Positions 19,957 to 28,387 of a stretch of DNA of 48,652 nucleotides are shown here, in pieces. The DNA comes from a virus (lineage: Duplodnaviria > Caudoviricetes). A program made the position numbers and the translations under genes. Every line of letters begins with the position of its first letter. Position 1 is the first letter of the stretch. The DNA is taken from positions 1 through 48,652 of the IMG/VR virus record IMGVR_UViG_3300023218_000070; one strand, given 5' to 3'. The notes under the pieces were generated by a model. It searched no databases. It was given only the letters and a program-made list of their open reading frames with translations, and was not told the origin of the DNA.

Positions 19957-20763
19957 TCACGGGGAAAGCGACGTTCCAGCAGCGCGAGCCATTTGCTCCG
20001 CGACTTCCTCGCCGCGCTCCTTGATGACCTGGCCCTGCTCCGTCAGGTTCCATGTATCCTTAGCCCAGGGATTGTTGGCGAAGCCACCGCCCTGCCCCGA
20101 GCCCTGGGCACCGCCGCCAGTGCTGTTCGGCCACCAATGCGGGCGCTTGTCCTGCATCTCACCGATGAAGACATCCGGACTGAGCCCAGGGGGGATCCCA
20201 AACCGGTTCTCACGAGTTAGGACCTGTCCGTCCTCTCCAAGCTCGAACACTGCTGATGCGAGAAGGAGGACATCGTCAAGTGCCTCTGAACGAATCTTGG
20301 CCTGGGAGGCAGCTTCCCGGACACGATCGTTGATCTCGCGCCGGGTCTTCTCCTGCCGCAGAGTCTCGACTTCTGCCTGCAACTCTTCGGCTTGGCGACG
20401 AACGGTCTTCAGTTCTCGCTCGGTTGGGGCAAGGCGACTTTGAGCCCGCTTCTCCGCAAGCTCCTCCAGCCTTTGGTCCATGTCTTCCTTGGATCCCTTG
20501 GCGGCAACTTCAAGCTCATCAAAACGATCCAGCTTTGACATGACCTCATCGAAGTCATAATCATCCCAGACCTTGTACTTCTGTCGCGTCGCTTTGTGAT
20601 CCTCGCGTTCCTTGCGTAGAGCCTCCTGCACACGGTCTACGTCTTCCTGTGTCTTGATCCCCTGAACACCAGTCAGGCGGAACTTGCCATCCTCCTCGGC
20701 GTAGAGGTCTCGATACTGCTCCGGGATCTCGTCGATCGAATCATGAATCAACTTCAGCGCCAT
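19957..20763 (-). CDS. Capsid scaffolding protein
   Basis: Coiled-coil; IDEIPEQYRDLYAE and C-terminal NNPWAKDTWNLTEQGQ; directly upstream of the MCP. Confidence 0.82.
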   Translation of the reverse strand: MALKLIHDSIDEIPEQYRDLYAEEDGKFRLTGVQGIKTQEDVDRVQEALRKEREDHKATRQKYKVWDDYDFDEVMSKLDRFDELEVAAKGSKEDMDQRLEELAEKRAQSRLAPTERELKTVRRQAEELQAEVETLRQEKTRREINDRVREAASQAKIRSEALDDVLLLASAVFELGEDGQVLTRENRFGIPPGLSPDVFIGEMQDKRPHWWPNSTGGGAQGSGQGGGFANNPWAKDTWNLTEQGQVIKERGEEVAEQMARAAGTSLSP

Positions 20764-20799
20764 CGCTTCTTCTCCTTTTCTGGCACCATTGCCACGAAA

Positions 20800-22008
20800 C
20801 TATAGTTCTACCCCCGCTTCCCTGAATGCTTGGGCTTCACGTTGCGCCAACTGGCTCAGCGGAATCTCGTCACCGCGACGATTGACAAACTTGTCAAGAG
20901 TCAAATTACCTTGGCGAAACAGCCGAGCCCGCGTAGGTCCAAGCACATCATCTTGAAACGCTGCACTCTGCGTACGGAGCCATTCATCGTATGTGACCTT
21001 AGCCGGAACGCGGCCAATACGATTGCGAATCGTCCTGCGAGCAAACTCATCGAAGCGTCCGCGAGTGCCTCGGGGCAGGGCACTTCGAGCGAATCGCATC
21101 AAGTTGAGTCCCTCCTGCTCGCTAAACTCCTCAACTAGCTGGCGTTCCGTGGTGGACTTGAAGGGTCGCTGCCCAATCAAGTCCTCTTCAATGATCTGGA
21201 CTCGCACGCACCGGCATCCGATGTGCGCCGGAGGCTTCCGGCCTTCACCAATCTGGAATCGTTGTCCGTCCAAAGCTCGACAGATCGGACACGTTCTGCT
21301 ATCGAGCGTAGCGACCCAGACTTCGCGAGTCGCGATATTTCGATTCTGAAGGAAGAACTCTTCGCGAGCACTGTTGGTGAAATGAATCACTGCTGTCCTG
21401 GTGAGTGCTGCCGCATTACCCCTTGTGATCTGCGTGACGCCATCCGATCCGCGCAGCCTCGCTGTACCAACAACACGCCTCGCGATTACATCAACTGGCT
21501 CGCCTTGCGTTACGCCGATGCGAATCTGGGCGCTGATACGATCGATGTCGGCCTGTCGAATATTCCGTGCCCAGTCGCGGAGTGTCCGGCCTTCGAATGG
21601 CCTCTCCCGAACCAACGCCCGCAGCGTAGCGCCAGCGGGAATCGCGGTTTCCAACTCCACGGGCACCAATCCCCGGATTGTACTGGAAGCGAAGTTTGCT
21701 TCCATAACCACCAGCTCACGGAATCTCTCTAGCCAGAGATTCTCCGTAGCAGTCATAGCCGCAGCCCGCAGATCCCGAATCTCTTGGATGAGCGCCTCCG
21801 CACGCTGTAAGTTCGGACCCGCCCGGAGCCGGTCTCGAATCCGAGATCGCAAATCAGCCTCGGATTCGTTCAAGATCTCAATAATGTCATTACGCACCGA
21901 CCCGGCAGTGCGCAGCAAGAAGATCTGGTGACGGACGAGCGCGTCGAACCATCGCTCATTGACGGTGTTGCGATCACCTGGTAGTTGCTTTTCCGGATCA
22001 AAGACCAT
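20800..22008 (-). CDS. Minor head protein (SPP1 gp7 / Mu F family)
   Basis: WVATLDSRTCPICRALDG...PPAHIGCRC. Confidence 0.9.
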   Translation of the reverse strand: MVFDPEKQLPGDRNTVNERWFDALVRHQIFLLRTAGSVRNDIIEILNESEADLRSRIRDRLRAGPNLQRAEALIQEIRDLRAAAMTATENLWLERFRELVVMEANFASSTIRGLVPVELETAIPAGATLRALVRERPFEGRTLRDWARNIRQADIDRISAQIRIGVTQGEPVDVIARRVVGTARLRGSDGVTQITRGNAAALTRTAVIHFTNSAREEFFLQNRNIATREVWVATLDSRTCPICRALDGQRFQIGEGRKPPAHIGCRCVRVQIIEEDLIGQRPFKSTTERQLVEEFSEQEGLNLMRFARSALPRGTRGRFDEFARRTIRNRIGRVPAKVTYDEWLRTQSAAFQDDVLGPTRARLFRQGNLTLDKFVNRRGDEIPLSQLAQREAQAFREAGVEL

Positions 22009-23416
22009 CTGGGCTCAGCGGAAGTTCCTCGCCGCCTTCAGAGGCGATCTGCTCCAACTCCTCCTCAAAGTCAAGCTCCGTGATGTCGCGTTCCTGAAGC
22101 AATCGGTGAATGGATCGGTTGCTCAGCGGAGCACCCATGGTCTTAGCTGCCATAAAGTCCACCAGAGTCTTGCCCTCCAGGCTCCCTTCAGCGAAGTCTA
22201 GGTTGGGGGCGACCCTCACCTGCTCCGGATCGGAACCTACCCACTCCGCCATAATTCGCAGAAGTTGCTGCAAACCCTCAGCGCCTGCCAGGGCGATCTG
22301 ATGAAGAGTGGAAGTACGGGCGGCAACGCGGATCCGGAGAGCCTCACCAGACTCAGCCCCACCTCCGCGATTATCCAGCATCTTCCCACCAAGCTCAGCT
22401 GCATTCTTCTCGTCGTTCTGGATCGCCAGTCGTTGCTCCTCAAGACCATCGGAACTGACGCCAATATACTTCGCATCACCGCCTTGGCCCAGGCGGACGG
22501 TAGCACCTGCCCCAGCGCGGATGTCTTCGTCGCTGGTGTCGCCGATGATGACGAGGGTATCCTGGCCTTGAAGAAAGAGTCCCTGTCGGTAGTCGGCTTC
22601 CCCTCGGTAAACACCCAGGGCGAGGCGAGCAAGGCCCATCAGTGGTGGGTCGTCCGGGGTGGTGACAATGTCAGATGGATTGATGAACACGAACGGGATC
22701 TTGTTAAGCGTGCGACCGGCGATCGACGGCTCGATGAGCTGTGCCTCATTGAACGTGGCCTGTGTGTCTTCGAAGACGCCCATCCGGTAGGGCCCAACAG
22801 CCTCATTCACCCGGGTGGCGCCGAGAATGAGGACGCGATACTGCTGTTGGTGCTCCCAATCGAAGTCGTGTGTCCGCACGAATTCGCTTTCGTCAAGAAT
22901 CACCAAGTTCAGAACCCGTTGCCGCAACTCCTCCCGTTCGCCATCATCCCAGTTGATGATCGATTCGGCTCGATAAGTGGCCACGTGCGGTAGGACACCT
23001 GCCGGAGCACCGTTCCGCACGTCCGCCATAATGCCGACTCGGCCAGTAGTGAGCTGCTCCTCGTTGATACGCCGTAGCAGCATCTCTAAGGATTCGCCCC
23101 GGACAGTAGAGTTCTCGCGGAGTGGCTCAAGTCGGGCGGGTAGTTCAATAGTGGGCGGCTTGTGGTGCATCACACCGATCATTGATTGGATGGCTTGTGA
23201 CACAAAGCTCGGAAAACGTGCACGAGTCTTATAGGCATTGAATGCCTGGCGTCCACGCTGACCAGTATCCATACCATCAAGGATCATACCGGCAGTTGGG
23301 GGAAGATACCTGGTGCCGCCATCCTTGATGGTACGCTCCCCACGATACGTATCACGCATCGTGATCCAGTCGTCAATGTGTTGGGTGTATAGCGGATGCC
23401 GAGACGTAATACCCAT
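21998..23416 (-). CDS. Portal protein (DUF4055 type)
   Basis: HPLY, GERTIKDGGTRYLP, IPFVFI, PPLMGLA and AESGEALRIR; follows terL. Confidence 0.9.
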   Translation of the reverse strand: MGITSRHPLYTQHIDDWITMRDTYRGERTIKDGGTRYLPPTAGMILDGMDTGQRGRQAFNAYKTRARFPSFVSQAIQSMIGVMHHKPPTIELPARLEPLRENSTVRGESLEMLLRRINEEQLTTGRVGIMADVRNGAPAGVLPHVATYRAESIINWDDGEREELRQRVLNLVILDESEFVRTHDFDWEHQQQYRVLILGATRVNEAVGPYRMGVFEDTQATFNEAQLIEPSIAGRTLNKIPFVFINPSDIVTTPDDPPLMGLARLALGVYRGEADYRQGLFLQGQDTLVIIGDTSDEDIRAGAGATVRLGQGGDAKYIGVSSDGLEEQRLAIQNDEKNAAELGGKMLDNRGGGAESGEALRIRVAARTSTLHQIALAGAEGLQQLLRIMAEWVGSDPEQVRVAPNLDFAEGSLEGKTLVDFMAAKTMGAPLSNRSIHRLLQERDITELDFEEELEQIASEGGEELPLSPDGL

Positions 23417-23422
23417 GCGCGA

Positions 23423-24967
23423 TTATAGCCCCACTACCCGACCTCCACGAACCCTTGTGCCAGACGCCATTACACGGTATCGCGTTTCATCTTGAATATG
23501 ATCCTCAGCCGTAGTATCGACGTCGTCCGGAATCCGTTCTGAACGTGGCGTGACTGGGAACAGCCTCCGGAAATCCTTGCACCCAGAACAAACGAACAAC
23601 CCCGGCTTCTCTCGCATCGCCTCGCCGGGCGGCTTACGAGACTGCCGCAAATACAATCGCACAGCCTCCCAGCCAGGCTGCCTCGCATTCTTGGCGCGGA
23701 TCCAACTCACGCCATTCTTTGACATCATGGCCGCGATGCTTGGGCTACCATCCGAAGTCCAGATGGCAGGGTCTGCTGGTCCCGGCTTGACGCGATCATG
23801 GATGCCCCATAACTTCTCTCGATCCACGATGCCTTGTGCGATGTCAGCCGGGCTCATGCGAATGCCTTCATTGGGCTGACCAGAAGTGCCATACCACTCC
23901 GCAAATCGAAACAGGTCACCACGGACGGTATGGAACTGTCGTCCGTCGCTCATCACAAGTGGCGTACCATCCGACTCAGCCCACCAGCCTACGCTAAAGG
24001 GTGCCGAGCTACCCCAGTCGAACGATCGATCAATACGCCACGTCCTTGGAATCTGGAAGTCGGGGACCACGTGGACTGATTGATCCCACAAGTCATCGAA
24101 CATCCCCCCCGCTACGATATCCCAGCTACCATGCAACCACGCATCAAGTTCCGCTGGGCTGCGAGCAGCACTGCGTAGCCGGTCTTTGTAATCTGGGTCA
24201 GCGGTCAAGAGGATTCGATTCTCATCCAAGTGCCCATGAATGGCGATGCGTTCGGGCTCGCCTGCTTCTTGTACAAGATCCCCCTCGATCCGCCCAGGGG
24301 GGGTGGGCAGGTGGTACCGCCGCTTGACCCAGTTGTGGCCCGGACCATACGGGTTCGTTGTGGCTCGAATCTTGCGAGGCATGTCTGCCATTGTGGATCG
24401 GCAGCAAGAGATCATCTTGAGGAAGAACCGTGGGTCAGGCCAGGTGGTGAGTTCCTCGAAGCCAATCCACGAGAACGAATGGCCATGGTATTGCCAGTAG
24501 TCAGCTTCTTTAGCGCCATACGCCAGCCGCAACGACTCGCCGGTTGGCCATGTCCACACATGACTGGAGCGATTGTACTTGGCTCCCGGGAACAGCAGCG
24601 GGAACCACTTCTGCGTCTTCGCGATGACGTCGCTCAGCTGTGGGTAGGTCTGGCGGAACAGGATCCCTCGCCATTCCGCTCCCCATCCCGACCATCGCTC
24701 CCCAGCAGCTGTCTTGACTTCTGGCCCGCAGTGCTGGGCGAAGTCCATGAGTAGGCAGTCAGTCTTGCCCGGGCCGCGTGTGCCCTCGTAGAGGGCCTCA
24801 CACGCCCTGCAAGCAAGAAATCGTTCTTGGCTACCTGGCTGTGGTGCCCAGGTGGCAGGGGATGCGGTGCCGTCATCTCGGACGAGGAATGGCTGAACGC
24901 CAGATTCTGTCTCACGCCATTCAAGACTCGCCACTGAGGTACCTACGCAACTTCGGTGATCTAACAA
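23423..24967 (-). CDS. terL: Terminase large subunit
   Basis: Walker A EGTRGPGKT, Walker B WIGFEELT, ATTNPYGPGHNWVK, nuclease SFDWG and EDHIQDETRY. The true start may be the GTG near 24934. Confidence 0.95.
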   Translation of the reverse strand: MLDHRSCVGTSVASLEWRETESGVQPFLVRDDGTASPATWAPQPGSQERFLACRACEALYEGTRGPGKTDCLLMDFAQHCGPEVKTAAGERWSGWGAEWRGILFRQTYPQLSDVIAKTQKWFPLLFPGAKYNRSSHVWTWPTGESLRLAYGAKEADYWQYHGHSFSWIGFEELTTWPDPRFFLKMISCCRSTMADMPRKIRATTNPYGPGHNWVKRRYHLPTPPGRIEGDLVQEAGEPERIAIHGHLDENRILLTADPDYKDRLRSAARSPAELDAWLHGSWDIVAGGMFDDLWDQSVHVVPDFQIPRTWRIDRSFDWGSSAPFSVGWWAESDGTPLVMSDGRQFHTVRGDLFRFAEWYGTSGQPNEGIRMSPADIAQGIVDREKLWGIHDRVKPGPADPAIWTSDGSPSIAAMMSKNGVSWIRAKNARQPGWEAVRLYLRQSRKPPGEAMREKPGLFVCSGCKDFRRLFPVTPRSERIPDDVDTTAEDHIQDETRYRVMASGTRVRGGRVVGL

Positions 24968-25235
24968 GTGCCTCTGTCATGCCCATCGAGAGGACGCTGA
25001 TAATCCTCTCCTCGTCGTCACCCTCTCGAAGGCAACCAATGTCCCATACAGCGTGCATGATCTCATGAATCAGCGTCGCCCGCTCATCCACGGGATTCGG
25101 ACCAACCACCATCTTGATGTGCCGCCGCTCGCTGCTGTATGCACCGTGGTATGTGCTGAACTGTTCGTCACGCTCCGACCAATCGATATTGATCGTGACC
25201 CCGCCAAGAGCGATGGAATCCGGGCGATCAGCCAT
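24921..25235 (-). CDS. Small HEXXH zinc-metallopeptidase-like protein
   Basis: TLIHEIMHA plus a downstream EE; start at the ATG at 25235. Confidence 0.65.
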   Translation of the reverse strand: MADRPDSIALGGVTINIDWSERDEQFSTYHGAYSSERRHIKMVVGPNPVDERATLIHEIMHAVWDIGCLREGDDEERIISVLSMGMTEALVRSPKLRRYLSGES

Positions 25236-25512
25236 TTCGTTGACCCCTTCTGAGCTGCGCCACATTCTCCGCGTAGCCCACAATATCCAACCAACCATCA
25301 TCGTGAGTCCCTTCCGCCAATCGGCTTGCCTTCTGGAGCACGTTGATCATACACACATCCTCAGGGCTGAGCGCGACGTCAACTCCGAGTCGGTTGGAAA
25401 GCCACAACGACAGCAGATCAGCGGTCAGCTGGTGATTCTTCTCGGGTGGAGCGTAATCCTTCTGTCTCTGCGTCATGGTTTCCCTGATGCGATCGACGAA
25501 CGATTCACTCAT
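25228..25512 (-). CDS. DUF6378-like protein
   Basis: RQKDYAPPEKNH...DVCMINVLQKASR...DGWLDIVGYA. Confidence 0.75.
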   Translation of the reverse strand: MSESFVDRIRETMTQRQKDYAPPEKNHQLTADLLSLWLSNRLGVDVALSPEDVCMINVLQKASRLAEGTHDDGWLDIVGYAENVAQLRRGQRNG

Positions 25513-26056
25513 CGGTCTTGCCTCGCTTACGCATCCATTCTTCCCTGGTGTCGGCGGGAGCAGGGATCAGCAGCACGCCCCCGTGATGAACCACGTCAGT
25601 CACTGACTTGTCATGATAGGACGAATCGTGCTTCTTGAGTTGCAATTCCAGCATTCGATCGGAATACCGCCGCACAGTACCCACCTGCTGGCCCTGATAC
25701 CAAACCGGCTCCTCCCAGCCTTCCACTCCGCGACGGTGTACCGCGCAGACAACGCGCTGACGATAGAGATCGAGTGCTTCCTGCCACAAATCCTCAAGTG
25801 CGGGCAGCTCACGTCGGAGGTACAGCACCCTACGGATCCGAAGCCCGTAAGCCCGGGCAGCGGTCTCCGCGACGCCGGTACGGGTGATCTCGTTGAGCAT
25901 GTGGGTGATCATCTCGGGCGTATACATCACAGGCTGATTGTGGCCCTTCAGCTTGGACGTATCGCCATCGGATTTCTCCCGTCGCTGCTGCATGACGGGT
26001 TCCATCACCGCTTCGACTTCCTCGACTGTGAACGGGTTTTCTACGTCTCGTTGCAT
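25505..26056 (-). CDS. terS: Terminase small subunit
   Basis: HTH-like N-terminus and RRGVEGWEEPVWYQGQQVGTVRRYSDRMLELQLK; first gene of the morphogenesis block. Confidence 0.82.
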   Translation of the reverse strand: MQRDVENPFTVEEVEAVMEPVMQQRREKSDGDTSKLKGHNQPVMYTPEMITHMLNEITRTGVAETAARAYGLRIRRVLYLRRELPALEDLWQEALDLYRQRVVCAVHRRGVEGWEEPVWYQGQQVGTVRRYSDRMLELQLKKHDSSYHDKSVTDVVHHGGVLLIPAPADTREEWMRKRGKTDE

Positions 26057-26090
26057 TACCCCTGATAATAGCCCAGGGAGGGGTGGGTGC

Positions 26091-26359
26091 GGTTGGAAGT
26101 CTTGGGAGTCAGCTGGGAGTCAGCTGGGAGTCGCGCAAATCGGCCCTCACGTGCCCGTCAAGGGGGTTTTTGTGCGCCTGACTCCCAAGACTCCTCTCTT
26201 TTTTATAGTTAAAAAGAAAATATAGTATGATAGCACTCACCTCTGCTGGGCTGCGACCCAACAAAAGTTGGGAGTCAGCGGAGTCAGCGGAGTCAGCCCC
26301 CAAAAATCCGCGTTTCAAGCCTGTGAGGGCCGATTTGCGCGACTCCCAGCTGACTTCCA
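26091..26359. repeat. ~269-bp element with a 33-bp perfect inverted repeat, GAGTC iterons and an AT-rich core; putative replication origin or packaging site
   Basis: 26118-26150 is the exact reverse complement of 26323-26355. GAGTC/GACTC at 26106, 26117, 26128, 26180, 26189, 26272, 26281, 26290, 26341 (and 26363 just outside). AT-rich core about 26199-26232. The repeat is certain; the function is inferred. Confidence 0.85.
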
Positions 26360-26395
26360 ACTGACTCCCAACTCCCTTGGGCCTTTGTGGCGATG

Positions 26396-26445
26396 TTTTG
26401 ATCAAAGACTTTGTAGAAACATTTTGACCAAAGACTTTGCAGAAA
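26396..26445. repeat. Two 24-bp direct repeats, each containing the palindrome CAAAG-A-CTTTG
   Basis: TTTTGATCAAAGACTTTGTAGAAA (26396-26419) and TTTTGACCAAAGACTTTGCAGAAA (26422-26445). Confidence 0.8.
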
Positions 26446-26453
26446 GCGCATGG

Positions 26454-26482
26454 AGAAACCCCCGCCCACCGGGCGAGGGGGG
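26454..26482 (-). terminator. Putative intrinsic terminator ending the replication-module transcript
   Basis: Minus strand CCCTCGCCC-GGT-GGGCGGGGG stem followed by TTTCT, about 20 nt after the 26500 stop; the U-tract is short. Confidence 0.45.
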
Positions 26483-26499
26483 AGCGTCACCAACAATCC

Positions 26500-27159
26500 T
26501 CAGGCCTCGTCGATCTTCTTCGCTCGGGCGTCGTCGCCCAGAGATGTTCGCAGCTGAGCCAGCGCAGCCTCGGCTTCAGGCTGGCCGGCAATCGTTCGTT
26601 TAAGGATGCTCAGTGCCTCCCGAGTATCATCCCTCTCCTGGGCAACACCATCCCGTTCCCGCTCGATCCGGGATCTTAGCCATTCAGCCCCGCAATACCC
26701 CACAACTCCCAGGATTGCGAGGACAATGGACGCGATTGACCATGGAACTGTCTCGATTGTGACGCCAAGTGCGATTGCCCCAACGCTGAATCCGCCGATA
26801 ATGGCTGCTCCTCTGAATCGTCTGAGTGGGTAGGCCAAGAAGGCTGCCCCAAGCACCAAGATTCCTCCGATAATGAACAGCGGGTTCGGCATGGACGCTG
26901 TTACGTCCGTCGAGCTGCCCGATCCCAACGCGCTACCACCGCCTGGCAATCTCAGTTCAGGGGCCGCCACATCCATCGCTGCATCCGCATCTCGCGATCT
27001 GAGTCCAGGACCGATGGCAGATCCTGAGTGGTCCGACATCCTCGTTCCCTCATCCCATGTTTGTTTGGTTTCGATTCGTACTTCATGAGCATCTTCCAGC
27101 AACGAGTCGATGGAAGGCGGTTGTAGCAACAGGCTACCGATCAGCATCGTCGTCAGCAT
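26500..27159 (-). CDS. Membrane protein (hydrophobic N-terminus, about three TM helices, C-terminal coiled coil)
   Basis: LFIIGGILVLGAAFLAY, AAIIGGFSVGAIALGV and WSIASIVLAILGVVGY, then IERERDGVAQERDDTREAL. Confidence 0.7.
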   Translation of the reverse strand: MLTTMLIGSLLLQPPSIDSLLEDAHEVRIETKQTWDEGTRMSDHSGSAIGPGLRSRDADAAMDVAAPELRLPGGGSALGSGSSTDVTASMPNPLFIIGGILVLGAAFLAYPLRRFRGAAIIGGFSVGAIALGVTIETVPWSIASIVLAILGVVGYCGAEWLRSRIERERDGVAQERDDTREALSILKRTIAGQPEAEAALAQLRTSLGDDARAKKIDEA

Positions 27160-27325
27160 CGTTCTTCTCCCTTCTGATGATTGTGATGGTCGTCTTCAGT
27201 GTTCTCTTTGGGCGCTGCTCCATCTCTCTCGCCTCCAGGCTCGTGGACGATGGCTCAATCTTCGTCGTGCTGGCACAGCCTGCAAATACAAAACAGCACC
27301 CAACCGCAATCAGAATCTTCTTCAT
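27134..27325 (-). CDS. Small lipoprotein
   Basis: MKKILIAVGCCFVFAG-C lipobox; GAGGAGG RBS. Confidence 0.7.
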   Translation of the reverse strand: MKKILIAVGCCFVFAGCASTTKIEPSSTSLEAREMEQRPKRTLKTTITIIRREKNDADDDADR

Positions 27326-27327
27326 GA

Positions 27328-27636
27328 TCAGTCCTCCTCGGCCATTCGCGCCAGCACATCGCCATGACACGGTTGTGGTTTACACCAACACGCCAGCCGC
27401 TTGCCTCTAAGCATCTTGATGTTCTCCAGCATCCACTTGCGGCGTTCCTCAGTTGCGTCTTCACACCCCATCGCATCTCCGGTCATGATCCACCAACCGA
27501 ACATGTTGATGTTCTCAACGTGAGTGCCGCTGCGGAAAGGGTTTCCGAAACCCCACTCCTCGGAGTCTCGAAGACGACGACCGATGTAGATGTCCCATGT
27601 GTTGCCGGTGCGGATATTGATGACGCGAGTAGGCAT
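27328..27636 (-). CDS. DUF4326-family protein
   Basis: DIYIGR, FGNPF and LRGKRLACWCKPQPCHGDVL; start at the ATG at 27636 after GAGGAG. Confidence 0.85.
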   Translation of the reverse strand: MPTRVINIRTGNTWDIYIGRRLRDSEEWGFGNPFRSGTHVENINMFGWWIMTGDAMGCEDATEERRKWMLENIKMLRGKRLACWCKPQPCHGDVLARMAEED

Positions 27637-27763
27637 GATCAATCTCCTCAAGACCTTCAGAAAGGTACACATCGAAGATTGGGCCGTAATCAACCGAAGC
27701 GACATTTGAACTCTCCGGAGCTGTGCAGCCGCCCAGGCAAAGTGCGAGCAGTAGGATTCTCAC
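27515..27763 (-). CDS. Possible small lipoprotein
   Basis: GTG start overlapping the previous stop; MRILLLALCLGG-C lipobox; 3' end overlaps the DUF4326 gene. Confidence 0.45.
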   Translation of the reverse strand: MRILLLALCLGGCTAPESSNVASVDYGPIFDVYLSEGLEEIDHAYSRHQYPHRQHMGHLHRSSSSRLRGVGFRKPFPQRHSR

Positions 27764-27858
27764 AGGATGTCCGATGCTCGTTCCAGGGCAGCGAAGACTT
27801 CGCTGATGATCCAAAGCCCGAACCCGATTCCGATCAGTCCCATCAGTAGCTTGCTCAT
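27760..27858 (-). CDS. 32-aa single-TM peptide
   Basis: Hand-translated MSKLLMGLIGIGFGLWIISEVFAALERASDIL; GGAG upstream; below the ORF-track size cutoff. Confidence 0.5.
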   Translation of the reverse strand: MSKLLMGLIGIGFGLWIISEVFAALERASDIL

Positions 27859-27890
27859 AACCACTCCATCGGCGCTCTCACGGACCGACT

Positions 27891-28109
27891 TTAGCCTAGT
27901 TCCTTTTTCATTTGGTCAATCGACGCTTGGAGGGCGGCATTGAAAGATCGCAGACGGGCCGTTGCCTGGACCACGTAGTTGCGTTGATCGTCAACGTCGA
28001 ATTCAGACAGTAGATCGCCGAATTCTCCAACCTTGTCTTCCATCTCATGGATCGTTTCGCGCAACCTCTTGACCGCGAGGATCGATTTTCGGATTCCTTC
28101 TTCATCCAT
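27891..28109 (-). CDS. Hypothetical coiled-coil protein
   Basis: MDEEGIRKSILAVKRLRETIHEMEDKV; start overlaps the end of the upstream ORF. Confidence 0.55.
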   Translation of the reverse strand: MDEEGIRKSILAVKRLRETIHEMEDKVGEFGDLLSEFDVDDQRNYVVQATARLRSFNAALQASIDQMKKELG

Positions 28110-28305
28110 TCTCGTATGCCTTTGCCAGTGATCGGACAGCCTCCTCAGCACGCTCCGCCTGTGAGCGAAGGTACAAAGCTGCTTGCCCGAAGCCTTCCTT
28201 TTCGAGCATTTCGGCCATGGAGTTCCACCAGAATGCCCTCTCCATGAGGATAGGTCCAGTAATGCCGAGCAGAGCGCCATACTCCCTGTTGAGAGCGTCG
28301 CCCAT
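28102..28305 (-). CDS. Hypothetical protein
   Basis: MGDALNREYG...; the ATG overlaps the TGA of a 15-codon upstream ORF (28305-28352). Confidence 0.5.
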   Translation of the reverse strand: MGDALNREYGALLGITGPILMERAFWWNSMAEMLEKEGFGQAALYLRSQAERAEEAVRSLAKAYENG

Positions 28306-28358
28306 CAGCACAGAGCCAGGAAAGCAAGGATTGTCAGTTTCAGGACGCTCATACTACA

Positions 28359-28387
28359 AATATCCTTTCTTCAAAGCGAATTGGCAA
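28359..28387 (-). promoter_or_regulatory. Variant promoter TTGCCA-N17-GATATT
   Basis: Same -35 and spacing as the family; an ATG (28352) follows the -10 after 6 nt. Confidence 0.45.

Noticed and set aside
26091-26372. CRISPR array or MITE/IS element
   Set aside because: Repeat units are 9-11 bp with no unique spacers; no cas or transposase genes; no target-site duplication visible.
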